Source: an uncultured Clostridium sp. (GTDB lineage Bacteria > Bacillota_I > Bacilli_A > RF39 > UBA660). Taken from it: DNA of 56,383 nt. Location: contig CAZYRI010000003.1 in assembly GCA_964649575.1 (NCBI GenBank), positions 1-56,383 on the forward strand. The letters run 5' to 3'. Both the position numbers and the translations under genes were made by a program. Shown in pieces: positions 35,654 to 47,527 of this stretch (position 1 is its first letter; every line of letters begins with the position of its first letter). Below the pieces are notes generated by a model that had not been told where the DNA came from, ran no database searches, and saw only the letters and a list, made by a program, of their open reading frames with translations.

Positions 35654-38584
35654 ATGTATATAAAAAATATTAAACTACATGGATTTAAGAGTTTTGCTGA
35701 TAAAATAGATATTGAACTTGATCAATTTTTTACTGGTATTGTTGGGCCTAATGGTTCGGGTAAAAGTAATATTGTAGATGCAATTAAATGGGTTCTTGGA
35801 GAACAAAGTGTAAAAACTCTTAGAGGTTCTAATAATATGACGGATGTTATATTTAGTGGTTCTTCTTCAAGACCAGCAGCTAATTATGCGGCTGTTACTC
35901 TTGTTTTTGATAATAGTGATAGGACTCTTAATATTGATTTTAATGAAGTTTCTGTAAAAAGAATTGTATATAAATCTGGTGAAAATGAATATTATTTAAA
36001 TCAAGAAAGGTGTAGACTTAAAGATATAACTGATTTATTTGTTGATTCAAGAAGCAGTAAAGAATCATTTAATATTGTTCCTCAAAATAAAATAGATCAG
36101 ATATTAAGTGAAAAACCAGAAGAAAGAAGAGTTATTTTTGAAGATGCAGCTGGTGTACTTAAATACAAAAAGAGAAAAGAAGAAAGTTTATCTAAATTAT
36201 CTAAAACTCATGATAATATTGAAAGAATTAATTTAATTATTAGAGAGAATAGCGAGAATTTGGAACCATTAGGTATCGCAGCTAAAAAAGCAAGAGAATA
36301 TAAAGATGCTTTAGGTGAACTTGAAAGTGTTGAGATTGCATTAATCGCTAAAGATATAAACACTTATAGCGAAGAAGCTCAAATAAAAAAAGATATTAAA
36401 TTAAAAAGAGAAGAAGAACTTTCATTAATAGATACTGATAATACAAAGGATAGTACTGAAGTAGAAAAGATAAAATTAAATATTCTTGATTTAGATAATA
36501 AAATTAAAGAAACTAGTACTAATATATTTAAAATAAATGAAAATTTAATTGAACTTAGTAATAAGAAAACATTATTAATGGAAAGAATTAAATATGATAA
36601 GGAATCTAATGAAGTTCAAAATAATTTAATTGTACTTAAAGATAGAGAGGGTTCTATTAATAATTTAATATCATCTTTGAAATTTGATATTGGTAATCTT
36701 AAAAATAATAAGAATGATTTAGATGATAAAGTTAATGATAATAATTTTGTTTATAAAGAAGTTTTAAATGAAAGAGAAAAAATTAATTTTGAACTTAATA
36801 ATGAAAGAAAAAAATTAATTGAAACTAAAAATAAGATTGATATACTTGAAAGTAATATTTCTAATATGAGTAAGATACCTTATGCTGTTAAAGCTATTGT
36901 AGGTAATCCTATTTTAAGAGGTATTCATGATATTATTGCTAATGTTATAAGTACTAAAAGAGAATATTCAGTTATGCTTGATATAGCACTTGGTGCTAGT
37001 GCTAATAATATTATTACTAATGATGAAGTTTGTGCTCGTGAAGCTATTGAATATTTAAAAAGTCATAATAAAGGAAGAGCTACTTTCTTTCCACTTAATG
37101 TTATAAAACCTAAGAGTGTTGATCCTGAAACATTAAAATCAGCAGCTAATGTAATTGGTTTTGTTGGTATTGCTAGTGATTTGGTTACTTATGATACTAA
37201 ATATTATAATATTGTTATGAATCAACTTGGTAATATTATTGTTGCTAAGGATATAGCTACTGCTATACAAATATCTAAAAAAATAAATCATAGGTATAGA
37301 GTAATATCATTAGATGGAGAAATAATTCATGTTGGTGGTATTATGAGTGGTGGTAGTATTAAAAGTAATAATTCATATATTATTGATAAATATGAACTTG
37401 AGAGATTAAAAATAAGTATTGATAATATAAATAATAATATTAAAGAATTAGATATTAAACTAGATAATAAAGATAAAGAATTAGATATAATTAAAAATAA
37501 GAATTATGGTATTAATGTTGAGATTATTAAAGTAAATGAAGAAATTAATAATAAAGTTAATTTATTAAGAGAAAAAGTAAGTGAACTTGAAAGTATTAAT
37601 AATGAAATAAAGAATTTAACTGATGATAGTTTAGATAATGAACTTAATAATATTATTAATGAGTATTATGAAAATGAAAAGTTAAAGAATGAACAAGAAA
37701 AATTATTAGATAAATATAATAATGATAAGAATGAATTAAATGTAAGTTTAAATGATTTAGAAAATGCAATTAAGAAATCTAATCAAGAATATATATCTTT
37801 AAAGAATGAAATAAGTAATTTAGAGATTGATATTACTAAATTAAATATGAATTTAGATAGTTTATTAAATAGATTAAATGAGGATTATAATTTGGGTTAT
37901 GAAAGAGCTAGAAGTGAATATACTCTTGAAATAGAAGAGAATGTTGCTAGGGAAAAGGTTAGTAATTTAAGAAGAAAGATTAAGTCTCTTGGAGATGTTA
38001 ATTTAGGTAGTATTGATGAGTACGATAGGATATATAAAAGAGTTACTTTCTTAACTAAACAAAAGGATGATTTAGAAAAGAGTCAAAGTGATTTACTTAA
38101 TATTATTGATGATATGGACAATGTTATGAAAGAAAAATTTGTTACATCATTTAATAATATTAATATTGAATTTGGTAAAGTGTTTAAAACTTTATTTAAA
38201 GGTGGTAGTGCTCATTTAGAACTTACTGATCCAGATAATATACTTGAAACTGGTATTGATATTGTTGCTGTTCCTCCTGGAAAGAATAAGAAACCACTTA
38301 GTTTACTTTCTGGTGGTGAAAGAACAATGACTGCGATTAGTTTATTATTTTCAATAATGAATCTAGAAAAGGTTCCATTTGTGATTCTTGATGAGGTTGA
38401 ATCTGCTCTTGATGAGAATAATGCTACTATATTTGGAGAATATTTAGATAACTATAAAAATAAAACACAATTACTTGTTATAACACATAAAAAGAAAACA
38501 ATGGAATTTTTAGATAAATTATATGGTATAACAATGCAAGAGAGTGGTGTAAGTAAAATAGTTAGTGTTAAATTAGAGGATTAA
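35654..38584 (+). CDS. smc: chromosome segregation protein SMC (short form, 976 aa)
   Basis: GFKSFA, GPNGSGKSN, hinge GRATFFPL, LSGGE, ILDEVESALD; follows rnc. Confidence 0.95.
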   Translation: MYIKNIKLHGFKSFADKIDIELDQFFTGIVGPNGSGKSNIVDAIKWVLGEQSVKTLRGSNNMTDVIFSGSSSRPAANYAAVTLVFDNSDRTLNIDFNEVSVKRIVYKSGENEYYLNQERCRLKDITDLFVDSRSSKESFNIVPQNKIDQILSEKPEERRVIFEDAAGVLKYKKRKEESLSKLSKTHDNIERINLIIRENSENLEPLGIAAKKAREYKDALGELESVEIALIAKDINTYSEEAQIKKDIKLKREEELSLIDTDNTKDSTEVEKIKLNILDLDNKIKETSTNIFKINENLIELSNKKTLLMERIKYDKESNEVQNNLIVLKDREGSINNLISSLKFDIGNLKNNKNDLDDKVNDNNFVYKEVLNEREKINFELNNERKKLIETKNKIDILESNISNMSKIPYAVKAIVGNPILRGIHDIIANVISTKREYSVMLDIALGASANNIITNDEVCAREAIEYLKSHNKGRATFFPLNVIKPKSVDPETLKSAANVIGFVGIASDLVTYDTKYYNIVMNQLGNIIVAKDIATAIQISKKINHRYRVISLDGEIIHVGGIMSGGSIKSNNSYIIDKYELERLKISIDNINNNIKELDIKLDNKDKELDIIKNKNYGINVEIIKVNEEINNKVNLLREKVSELESINNEIKNLTDDSLDNELNNIINEYYENEKLKNEQEKLLDKYNNDKNELNVSLNDLENAIKKSNQEYISLKNEISNLEIDITKLNMNLDSLLNRLNEDYNLGYERARSEYTLEIEENVAREKVSNLRRKIKSLGDVNLGSIDEYDRIYKRVTFLTKQKDDLEKSQSDLLNIIDDMDNVMKEKFVTSFNNINIEFGKVFKTLFKGGSAHLELTDPDNILETGIDIVAVPPGKNKKPLSLLSGGERTMTAISLLFSIMNLEKVPFVILDEVESALDENNATIFGEYLDNYKNKTQLLVITHKKKTMEFLDKLYGITMQESGVSKIVSVKLED

Positions 38585-38614
38585 GTCCTCTTTTTTGGTG
38601 CAATAAAAAAGATA

Positions 38615-39514
38615 TTATTCAGTAATACCTTTATCTTTTAAAATACTTTCTAATTCATTATATTCTTTATAACCAAGTATCTCATCATCTTTAATTTTAT
38701 CAATGATAATAAATGTAGAAATATCATTAATACTATTCATTTGATATGTGTTTTCTAAATAATTAATATCAATTTCAGTTAAGTTTTCATAATCTAACCA
38801 AACAAGTTCAATTTTATTTTTTTCTGTTATTGATGAAATATCTGTTTTATATTCTGAATAATTATTTGTTTCTTTTTTAGCTATAACTAGTATTAATTTA
38901 TTATTTTCTTCTATTTTATTATTTAATTCTTTTATTGTATCTGATAGTTCTGTTTCTCCTGGTGAAGGTGTGTTATCTAAATTATCAATAACTACTTTAT
39001 TTAAATTAATTCTTACTTTAGTAATTGTTCCTTCATCATTAATTCCTAATCCTTGTAATACATTTGTATTATAGAAATAATCAAATTGGTAATTTTTAAA
39101 TATTTCTCCTTCTTGATGGCCATTCTTAACAGCAAGAGCATCTATCATGAATCTTGCTACACTTATACTAATATCTTTATCTGCTGAAGTATTTCCATAT
39201 TCCATAATAATTGTATCTTCGCCAAGATAATCTTCATATATAAAGTCATAAGAAGCATCTATTGTATCTGTTTTGTATCTTACTGTAATTCTATCTTCTT
39301 TAATTTTTGAACTGATATCTATTCCTGATTCTCTATATCTTTGAATAGTACTTAATTCGTTGAAAGCATCATTAGCTGGTTTTAATTGTTTTCTTATTTT
39401 ACCATATGTACCAACACCATTCATATAAAGTGTAACTCCTGTAATTGCTAGTGCTAAAGCAATTATCCATATAATACCCCAAAATATTAACCTTATTTTA
39501 TTCTCTTTTTTCAT
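38615..39514 (-). CDS. membrane-anchored hypothetical protein, possible Cys-less thioredoxin-like C-terminal domain
   Basis: N-terminal TM; C-terminal LILVI...LVWLDY...STFIII...ILGY pattern; no Cys. Confidence 0.6.
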   Translation of the reverse strand: MKKENKIRLIFWGIIWIIALALAITGVTLYMNGVGTYGKIRKQLKPANDAFNELSTIQRYRESGIDISSKIKEDRITVRYKTDTIDASYDFIYEDYLGEDTIIMEYGNTSADKDISISVARFMIDALAVKNGHQEGEIFKNYQFDYFYNTNVLQGLGINDEGTITKVRINLNKVVIDNLDNTPSPGETELSDTIKELNNKIEENNKLILVIAKKETNNYSEYKTDISSITEKNKIELVWLDYENLTEIDINYLENTYQMNSINDISTFIIIDKIKDDEILGYKEYNELESILKDKGITE

Positions 39515-39586
39515 ACTTATTTTTCTCCTATGATAATTATAAAATATTAAGTTAAAAAAGTAAATATTAAAAAAATAAAAAAGCCA

Positions 39587-40138
39587 TTATATAGCTCTCA
39601 TATTATCTTGATTTTTAAATGGGTTTTTTGGATCTATTTTATCTACAAACATTATTCCATTTAAATGATCTATTTCATGTTGAAATGCAACTGATATTTC
39701 TTCTCTGACTCTTTTAATCACTTCATTTCCTTCTTCATCATAGAATTTAACAGTTATTCTTGCAAATCTTGGTACTATACCTTCAACATATCTATTTACA
39801 CTTAGGCATCCTTCTCCTTCTTCAACATAAATAAGTTCTTCTGAATTAGATATTATTTCTGGATTAATAACTCTATATTCTTCAAAAGTACCATCATCAT
39901 TTTTATATGAAATAACAAAGTATCTTTTAAGTACTCCAAGTTGTACTGCTGCAAGCCCCATACCAGCTCTAATATCATTTTTACTAGCATATTCTTCATC
40001 TTGACTTAATCTTAAATACATAATCATATCATTTATTAAAAATTTATCTTCTTCACTTAACGGAAAAGTTACTTTTTTACTTTTTTGTCTTAGTATTTTA
40101 GATTTTTTTTCATCTAATATATCATTTTGTTTGAACAT
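39587..40138 (-). CDS. def: peptide deformylase
   Basis: GMGLAAVQLG, EGCLSV, QHEIDHLNG; start 40138 after GAGGAAAG. Confidence 0.96.
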   Translation of the reverse strand: MFKQNDILDEKKSKILRQKSKKVTFPLSEEDKFLINDMIMYLRLSQDEEYASKNDIRAGMGLAAVQLGVLKRYFVISYKNDDGTFEEYRVINPEIISNSEELIYVEEGEGCLSVNRYVEGIVPRFARITVKFYDEEGNEVIKRVREEISVAFQHEIDHLNGIMFVDKIDPKNPFKNQDNMRAI

Positions 40139-40254
40139 ACTTCTTTCCTCCGAACATATTTTATCAAAATTGGTTAATAATTTCAAATTTTATTGAAAAA
40201 ATTAATTAATAATTATATAATTGTTATAGATTAAGAAAGTAGGATTGAATTTAT

Positions 40255-41739
40255 ATGAATAAAATAAGTTTAAAAGTTTTATTATCTAGTATTGGTATTA
40301 TTATTATTTTAGCTCTTATGTGTACTGCTACTTATGCATACTTTACTTTAGAAATTGAGGGAAGTGGTAATGATATTTCTCTAACAACATTTAATAAAAA
40401 TATGCAGATAACATATACTGATACAAGTAATGTAACATTGGTTAATGCATACACAGGAAGTTCTATAAGCAAAACTTTTACAGTAGAAAATACTGGTGAG
40501 ACTGATGTATATTATAATATAACACTTGAAGATGTTGTTAATAATTTTGAAGTACCTGAAGAACTTATTTATAATATTGTTGAAACTGGTGGTTCTGTTT
40601 TTAAAAATGATACTGTTGTTCCTACTAGTAATGAAACAATAATATCTAATATTAAAATAGCTAAAGGTGAAACACATTATTATGTTATGAAAATAACTTT
40701 TTTAGAAAAAACATATGACCAATCTTACAATATGAATAAAACTTTTTCTTCTAAAATAAATATAATACCTAGTGAAAAATATAATGTGTTTACTAATCTT
40801 AGTAATAATACATTATCTTATAAAATAATTAATTCTAGTGTTTTAAGTTCTAGTAATTTAAAATATAATACCACTGATGATGAAGGCTTATACTTTACTA
40901 ATAATGCTATTAATGGAAGTAAAACATATTTTTATAGAGGAAGTAATACTTTAAATAATAATGTATCTTTCGGAGGCTTTTGTTGGAAGATAGTTAGAAC
41001 TACTGAAGAAATTGGTGTAAGATTAATATACAATGGAGTTTTAAATAATGGAGAGTGTAGTAATACTACTGGTAGTGATTCTATAATAGATTCTACGGCT
41101 TTTAATGATAATTCTAATTATAATGCTTATGTTGGTTATATGTATGGTAGTCCTAATAGTACTAATTATGTTGATGAGCATAAGAATGATAATAATAGTA
41201 AGATTAAGAATTTACTTGAAAGTTGGTATGCTAGTAATTTAACTAATTATGGAAGTTATATAGAAGATTCAGTATATTGTAATAATAGAAAAGCAGTAGC
41301 TTTTACAATAAGTGGTGTTACATATTCTAAATCTGGTTATGGTAATTTAAATACTGGTTATCAATCTAAGATGAATATTAATATAAATTCTATTCCATCT
41401 TATGAATGTTATAATGAAAAAGATAAATTCACTGTTAAAAAGTCTACTAATATTTATCCAATAGGGCTATTAACTGCTGAAGAGGCTATGTTTGCTGGTT
41501 TAAATGAAAATTCTAGTTTGACTAATAATTATTTATATTCTGCTAATACTTATTGGACAATGAGTCCTGCATATTATAATGGTACTAATGCATATAATTA
41601 TGTAGTACAAAATGGTAAACTTAATACTGTTATTACTAGTAGTAGTGTTGGTGTAAGGCCTGTAATAACACTTAAGAATGATGTGAAAGTATTAAGTGGA
41701 GATGGAAGTTTAACTAGTCCATATAAAATAACAGAGTAG
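40255..41739 (+). CDS. surface protein: SipW/TasA-like N-terminal module plus C-type-lectin-like C-terminal domain
   Basis: leader ending TATYAYFT; KTFTVENTG; FGGFCWKIVR; IGLLTAEE, YWTMSP, GVRPVITL, GDGS..SPY. Confidence 0.75.
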   Translation: MNKISLKVLLSSIGIIIILALMCTATYAYFTLEIEGSGNDISLTTFNKNMQITYTDTSNVTLVNAYTGSSISKTFTVENTGETDVYYNITLEDVVNNFEVPEELIYNIVETGGSVFKNDTVVPTSNETIISNIKIAKGETHYYVMKITFLEKTYDQSYNMNKTFSSKINIIPSEKYNVFTNLSNNTLSYKIINSSVLSSSNLKYNTTDDEGLYFTNNAINGSKTYFYRGSNTLNNNVSFGGFCWKIVRTTEEIGVRLIYNGVLNNGECSNTTGSDSIIDSTAFNDNSNYNAYVGYMYGSPNSTNYVDEHKNDNNSKIKNLLESWYASNLTNYGSYIEDSVYCNNRKAVAFTISGVTYSKSGYGNLNTGYQSKMNININSIPSYECYNEKDKFTVKKSTNIYPIGLLTAEEAMFAGLNENSSLTNNYLYSANTYWTMSPAYYNGTNAYNYVVQNGKLNTVITSSSVGVRPVITLKNDVKVLSGDGSLTSPYKITE

Positions 41740-41746
41740 GTGAAAT

Positions 41747-42409
41747 ATGAATATATTAGATGCTTTAATAATAGTTTTATTTATACTTGGTATCATGGGT
41801 GGCATGAGAAGAGGACTTATAAAAGAAACTGTTTTGCTAGTTGGTTTAATATTTATAATAATAGTTGCTTTTTATCTTAGAACACCTATTGCAACTCTAA
41901 TGTATAAAACTCTACCTTTTTTTGAATTTAGTGGTAAATTTAAAGGTGTTGCAATATTAAATATTTTATTATATGAAATAATTGCATTTTTAATTATATT
42001 TTCTGTTTTATATTTAATACTTAGAATATTATTAAAGATAACTGGAATTATAGAAAAAATATTGTCTGCAACAATTATTCTTGGTATATTTTCTAGAATA
42101 GGTGGAGCAATAGTTGGATTTATTGAAAGTTATGTTATTATATTTATTGTTTTAGTCATAGCAAGTCAACCATTTTTAAAAATAACAGGTTTAGATGAAT
42201 CTAAAGTTGGAAATTACATTCTAAATAATACTCCAATAATGAGTCCTGCTGTAAGTGATATAAGAGAAGTTAGTAAAAAAGTATATAATTTAGCTACTAA
42301 ATATAAAGGTGAAAAATTTAATGATGAAGCAATAGACTTATTTATTAAGTATGATATAATAACTAAGGAAAATGTTGAATTATTAAAGGAGAAAGGAAAA
42401 CTAAAATGA
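41747..42409 (+). CDS. CvpA family membrane protein
   Basis: MNILD..II, G.RRGLIKE, SRIGGAIVG. Confidence 0.85.
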   Translation: MNILDALIIVLFILGIMGGMRRGLIKETVLLVGLIFIIIVAFYLRTPIATLMYKTLPFFEFSGKFKGVAILNILLYEIIAFLIIFSVLYLILRILLKITGIIEKILSATIILGIFSRIGGAIVGFIESYVIIFIVLVIASQPFLKITGLDESKVGNYILNNTPIMSPAVSDIREVSKKVYNLATKYKGEKFNDEAIDLFIKYDIITKENVELLKEKGKLK

Positions 42410-42699
42410 TATATTTAGAGAATAATGATTTGGAAAGTATTATAAGTAGTGGCAATTATTTAGTAGATTTTTATGCTGAATGGTGTGGACCATGTAAGAT
42501 GCTTACTCCTGTACTTGAAGATATTAGTGATAAAATAAATATAGTTAAAGTTGATATTGATAAATTTCCAAAGTTAACAGAAAACTATAGAATTATGTCT
42601 GTTCCCACTTTAATGTTTTTTAAAGATGGTAAAAAGGCTAAAGAAGTTGTTGGATTTCAAACTGAAGAAGAATTAATTGAAATAATAAATGAGTTATAA
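42406..42699 (+). CDS. trxA: thioredoxin
   Basis: DFYAEWCGPCKM, SVPTL. Confidence 0.95.
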   Translation: MIYLENNDLESIISSGNYLVDFYAEWCGPCKMLTPVLEDISDKINIVKVDIDKFPKLTENYRIMSVPTLMFFKDGKKAKEVVGFQTEEELIEIINEL

Positions 42700-42845
42700 G
42701 TACTTTATTATATTTCTGATTGTATATAATCTGTCATTTTATTTTGACAGATTTTTTGTATATAAAAATTTTGTGTAAAACTGAAATTAAAAAATGTTTA
42801 AATTATTATATAATTATTGTATAATTATGATATGGAGAGTGTGTT

Positions 42846-44195
42846 ATGAATAAAAAGGGTTTTACATTAGTTGAATTACTTGCAGTAATAGCTATTTTGG
42901 CAATTTTAGTTATTATTGCTCTTCCTAATGTACTTAGTATGTTTAATCAAGCTAAAAAAGATACTTTTTTAACTGAAACAAAAAATATTTATAAAGAAAT
43001 TGCTAAAAAATATATTAGCGAATCTATGAAAGGCAATAAAATTACTGAAATTAATTCTAATGATGATAGTAAGTTAGATATGTCTACTAGTGGAATTGAT
43101 TATTGTGCTACTCTTGATAAAAGTGGCAATGTTTTAGAGTTTGTTGTAGCAAATGGTACATATTATATTCAACTTGATAATGTTAGTAATGTTAATATGA
43201 TTACTTCTGATAAAGTAAGTGAAGGAGCTTTAGATGAGCTTGGTTGTGGTGTTGTTCGTTATGGTGTTGCTACAACTTATATTAGAAAATTATATAATGA
43301 TGAAACTAAAAGAAATGCAAATGGTTTAAAGAAAGATAATACTAAAGATAAAAATATTAGATATGCAGGAAATAATCCTAATAATTATGTATCTTTTAAT
43401 GGTGAATTGTGGAGAATAATTGGTGTTTTTGGTGATAATGTTAAATTAGTAAGAAGTAAAATGCTTGGTAATTTGGCTTGGGATTATTCTGCTGATTCTA
43501 AGAAGAATAACAGTCTTGGTATAAATGAATGGAGTCAAGCTGATATTAAGAATTATTTAAATGATAAATATTTTAGTGGTAATAATATTAATTGTTATAA
43601 TAAAACTAATACTACTACTTGTCCAAGTGGAAATTTAAATGATACTGCTAAAAATATGATTAATGATCAACTTTGGAATACTGGTGGAATTGATATAGAC
43701 AGTTTAGAAGATGAAGAAACTTCATCCATATATACAGTTAAGGTTTATGAAGCTGAAAGAGGTAATAAATCTGGTAAAAGTGACAAATGTTATAATGGTA
43801 ATTATTGTAATGATACAGTAGAAAGAACAACTACTTGGAATGGCTATGTGGGTTTACCATATGTAACTGATTGGGCTTATGCTAGTAGTGAAAAAGTATG
43901 TGAAACTAATTTAGATGATGGTTATGATGTTATAAATGATTCTTTTGATGATATGACTTGTAAAAAGAATAATTGGATGCATTTTAGTGGAGAAAATAAG
44001 GATTCTATATGGACTATATCTCCAGCAATTTCTTATGGAAATTATACTGCTATTGCTATTTATGATGATGGTGGTATTGGTGAAGACGCAGCATATACTC
44101 CTATGTCTATTTATCCGACTGTATATTTAAAATCAACTGTTAAAATAGTTGCAGGACAAGGTACAAGTTCTAACCCTTATACACTTGAATTATAA
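42846..44195 (+). CDS. type IV prepilin-like protein with C-type-lectin-like C-terminal domain
   Basis: KKG/FTLVELL; N-terminus nearly identical to 12974 gene; NNYVSFNGELWRIIG, VGLPY..D, WTISP, IYPTVYL, GQGTSSNPY. Confidence 0.85.
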   Translation: MNKKGFTLVELLAVIAILAILVIIALPNVLSMFNQAKKDTFLTETKNIYKEIAKKYISESMKGNKITEINSNDDSKLDMSTSGIDYCATLDKSGNVLEFVVANGTYYIQLDNVSNVNMITSDKVSEGALDELGCGVVRYGVATTYIRKLYNDETKRNANGLKKDNTKDKNIRYAGNNPNNYVSFNGELWRIIGVFGDNVKLVRSKMLGNLAWDYSADSKKNNSLGINEWSQADIKNYLNDKYFSGNNINCYNKTNTTTCPSGNLNDTAKNMINDQLWNTGGIDIDSLEDEETSSIYTVKVYEAERGNKSGKSDKCYNGNYCNDTVERTTTWNGYVGLPYVTDWAYASSEKVCETNLDDGYDVINDSFDDMTCKKNNWMHFSGENKDSIWTISPAISYGNYTAIAIYDDGGIGEDAAYTPMSIYPTVYLKSTVKIVAGQGTSSNPYTLEL

Positions 44196-44215
44196 ACACT
44201 AGAAATAGTGTTTTT
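44194..44215 (+). terminator. intrinsic terminator
   Basis: AAACACTA-GAAA-TAGTGTTT plus TT. Confidence 0.75.
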
Positions 44216-44275
44216 ATTATGATATAATCTTGAGGAAAGAAGAGGTGAATCACTAGGCTGTTTTCCTAGGTTGAT

Positions 44276-46440
<2,165 letters not shown>

Positions 46441-46451
46441 TTGTTTCTTTT

Positions 46452-46814
46452 TTATTTTTGTGAAACTCCAATTATACCACCTGTTATTGATGATAATATT
46501 AATGTTAAATAATATATAAGTGTATTTAAACTATATTTTGATATGATTATTGTTATTAAAGAAAATATTAATGTTATTATTAATCCAATTATAAAACCAT
46601 TTAAATATCCTTTTGATTTTCTTATTTTTGATATTTTTAATCCAAGTATATAAAATAATAAAAGTGTTAATACATAATTAATAATATTTATTACATTAAG
46701 ATCTAATATTTCTAAATAATAAAATAATGATGATATAAGTAATAATATTATAAATAATATTATAAATTTATATATGCTTTTTAAATATGTTAAAATTATA
46801 TTCATTTTGTTCAC
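46452..46814 (-). CDS. YrzE-like (TIGR04086-type) membrane protein
   Basis: 4 TM, KGYLNG, GGIIG; position between tgt and the DUF421 gene as in Bacilli. Confidence 0.7.
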   Translation of the reverse strand: MNKMNIILTYLKSIYKFIILFIILLLISSLFYYLEILDLNVINIINYVLTLLLFYILGLKISKIRKSKGYLNGFIIGLIITLIFSLITIIISKYSLNTLIYYLTLILSSITGGIIGVSQK

Positions 46815-46876
46815 CTAGTTAATTATATTTATGTTTAAAAATATTATGATTAAACATAATAATAATGGGTGAAATT

Positions 46877-47527
46877 ATGGATTTAGTTATGGTTATTATA
46901 AGAACTGTATTATTTTATTTTATTGTACTTATTGTTTTTAGACTTATGGGAAAAAGAGAAATAGGTGAGTTATCTGTTCAAGATTTAGTTGTTAGTATTT
47001 TAATAGCAGAACTTGTTGCGATTAGTATTGAAAATTATAAGGATTCTATTTTACTTACTGTTGTACCTATAATAATATTATTGTTTTTTGAAATTGCTTC
47101 TGGATATTTATCTTTAAGATTTAATAAGTTTAGAAATATAGTTGATGGCAAACCTGCTTTAATAATAAATAGGGGAATAATTAACTATAAGGAAATGATT
47201 AAACAAAGATATTCCCTCGATGATTTATTACTTGAACTTAGAAATAATAATATTAAGAATCTTAAAGATGTAGAATATGCTGTTCTTGAAAATAGTGGTA
47301 AATTAAATATATTTAGATATAGTTTTTTAGGCATAGATAGTGCTAACCCTTTTCCATTAATATTAGATGGTGTTATTCAAAAAGATACACTTGATTATAT
47401 TGAAAAAGATGAAAATTGGATTAATGATTATTTAATAACTAATAATTTAAAAAAAGAAGATATATTTTATGCTTTTTATAAAAATAAACAAATTTATATA
47501 ATTAAGAGAAATGAATTAAGAAGTTAA
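46877..47527 (+). CDS. DUF421 (YrbG/YetF) family membrane protein
   Basis: RLMGKREIGELS..D, GKP..II..G, AVLENSGKL, PLILDG. Confidence 0.88.
   Translation: MDLVMVIIRTVLFYFIVLIVFRLMGKREIGELSVQDLVVSILIAELVAISIENYKDSILLTVVPIIILLFFEIASGYLSLRFNKFRNIVDGKPALIINRGIINYKEMIKQRYSLDDLLLELRNNNIKNLKDVEYAVLENSGKLNIFRYSFLGIDSANPFPLILDGVIQKDTLDYIEKDENWINDYLITNNLKKEDIFYAFYKNKQIYIIKRNELRS

Noticed and set aside
41540-41680. DGR variable-region signature at the ends of the 40255 and 42846 genes
   Set aside because: NNY codons are frequent, but these genes are T-ending throughout and several purine-ending codons interrupt the region; not diagnostic by eye.
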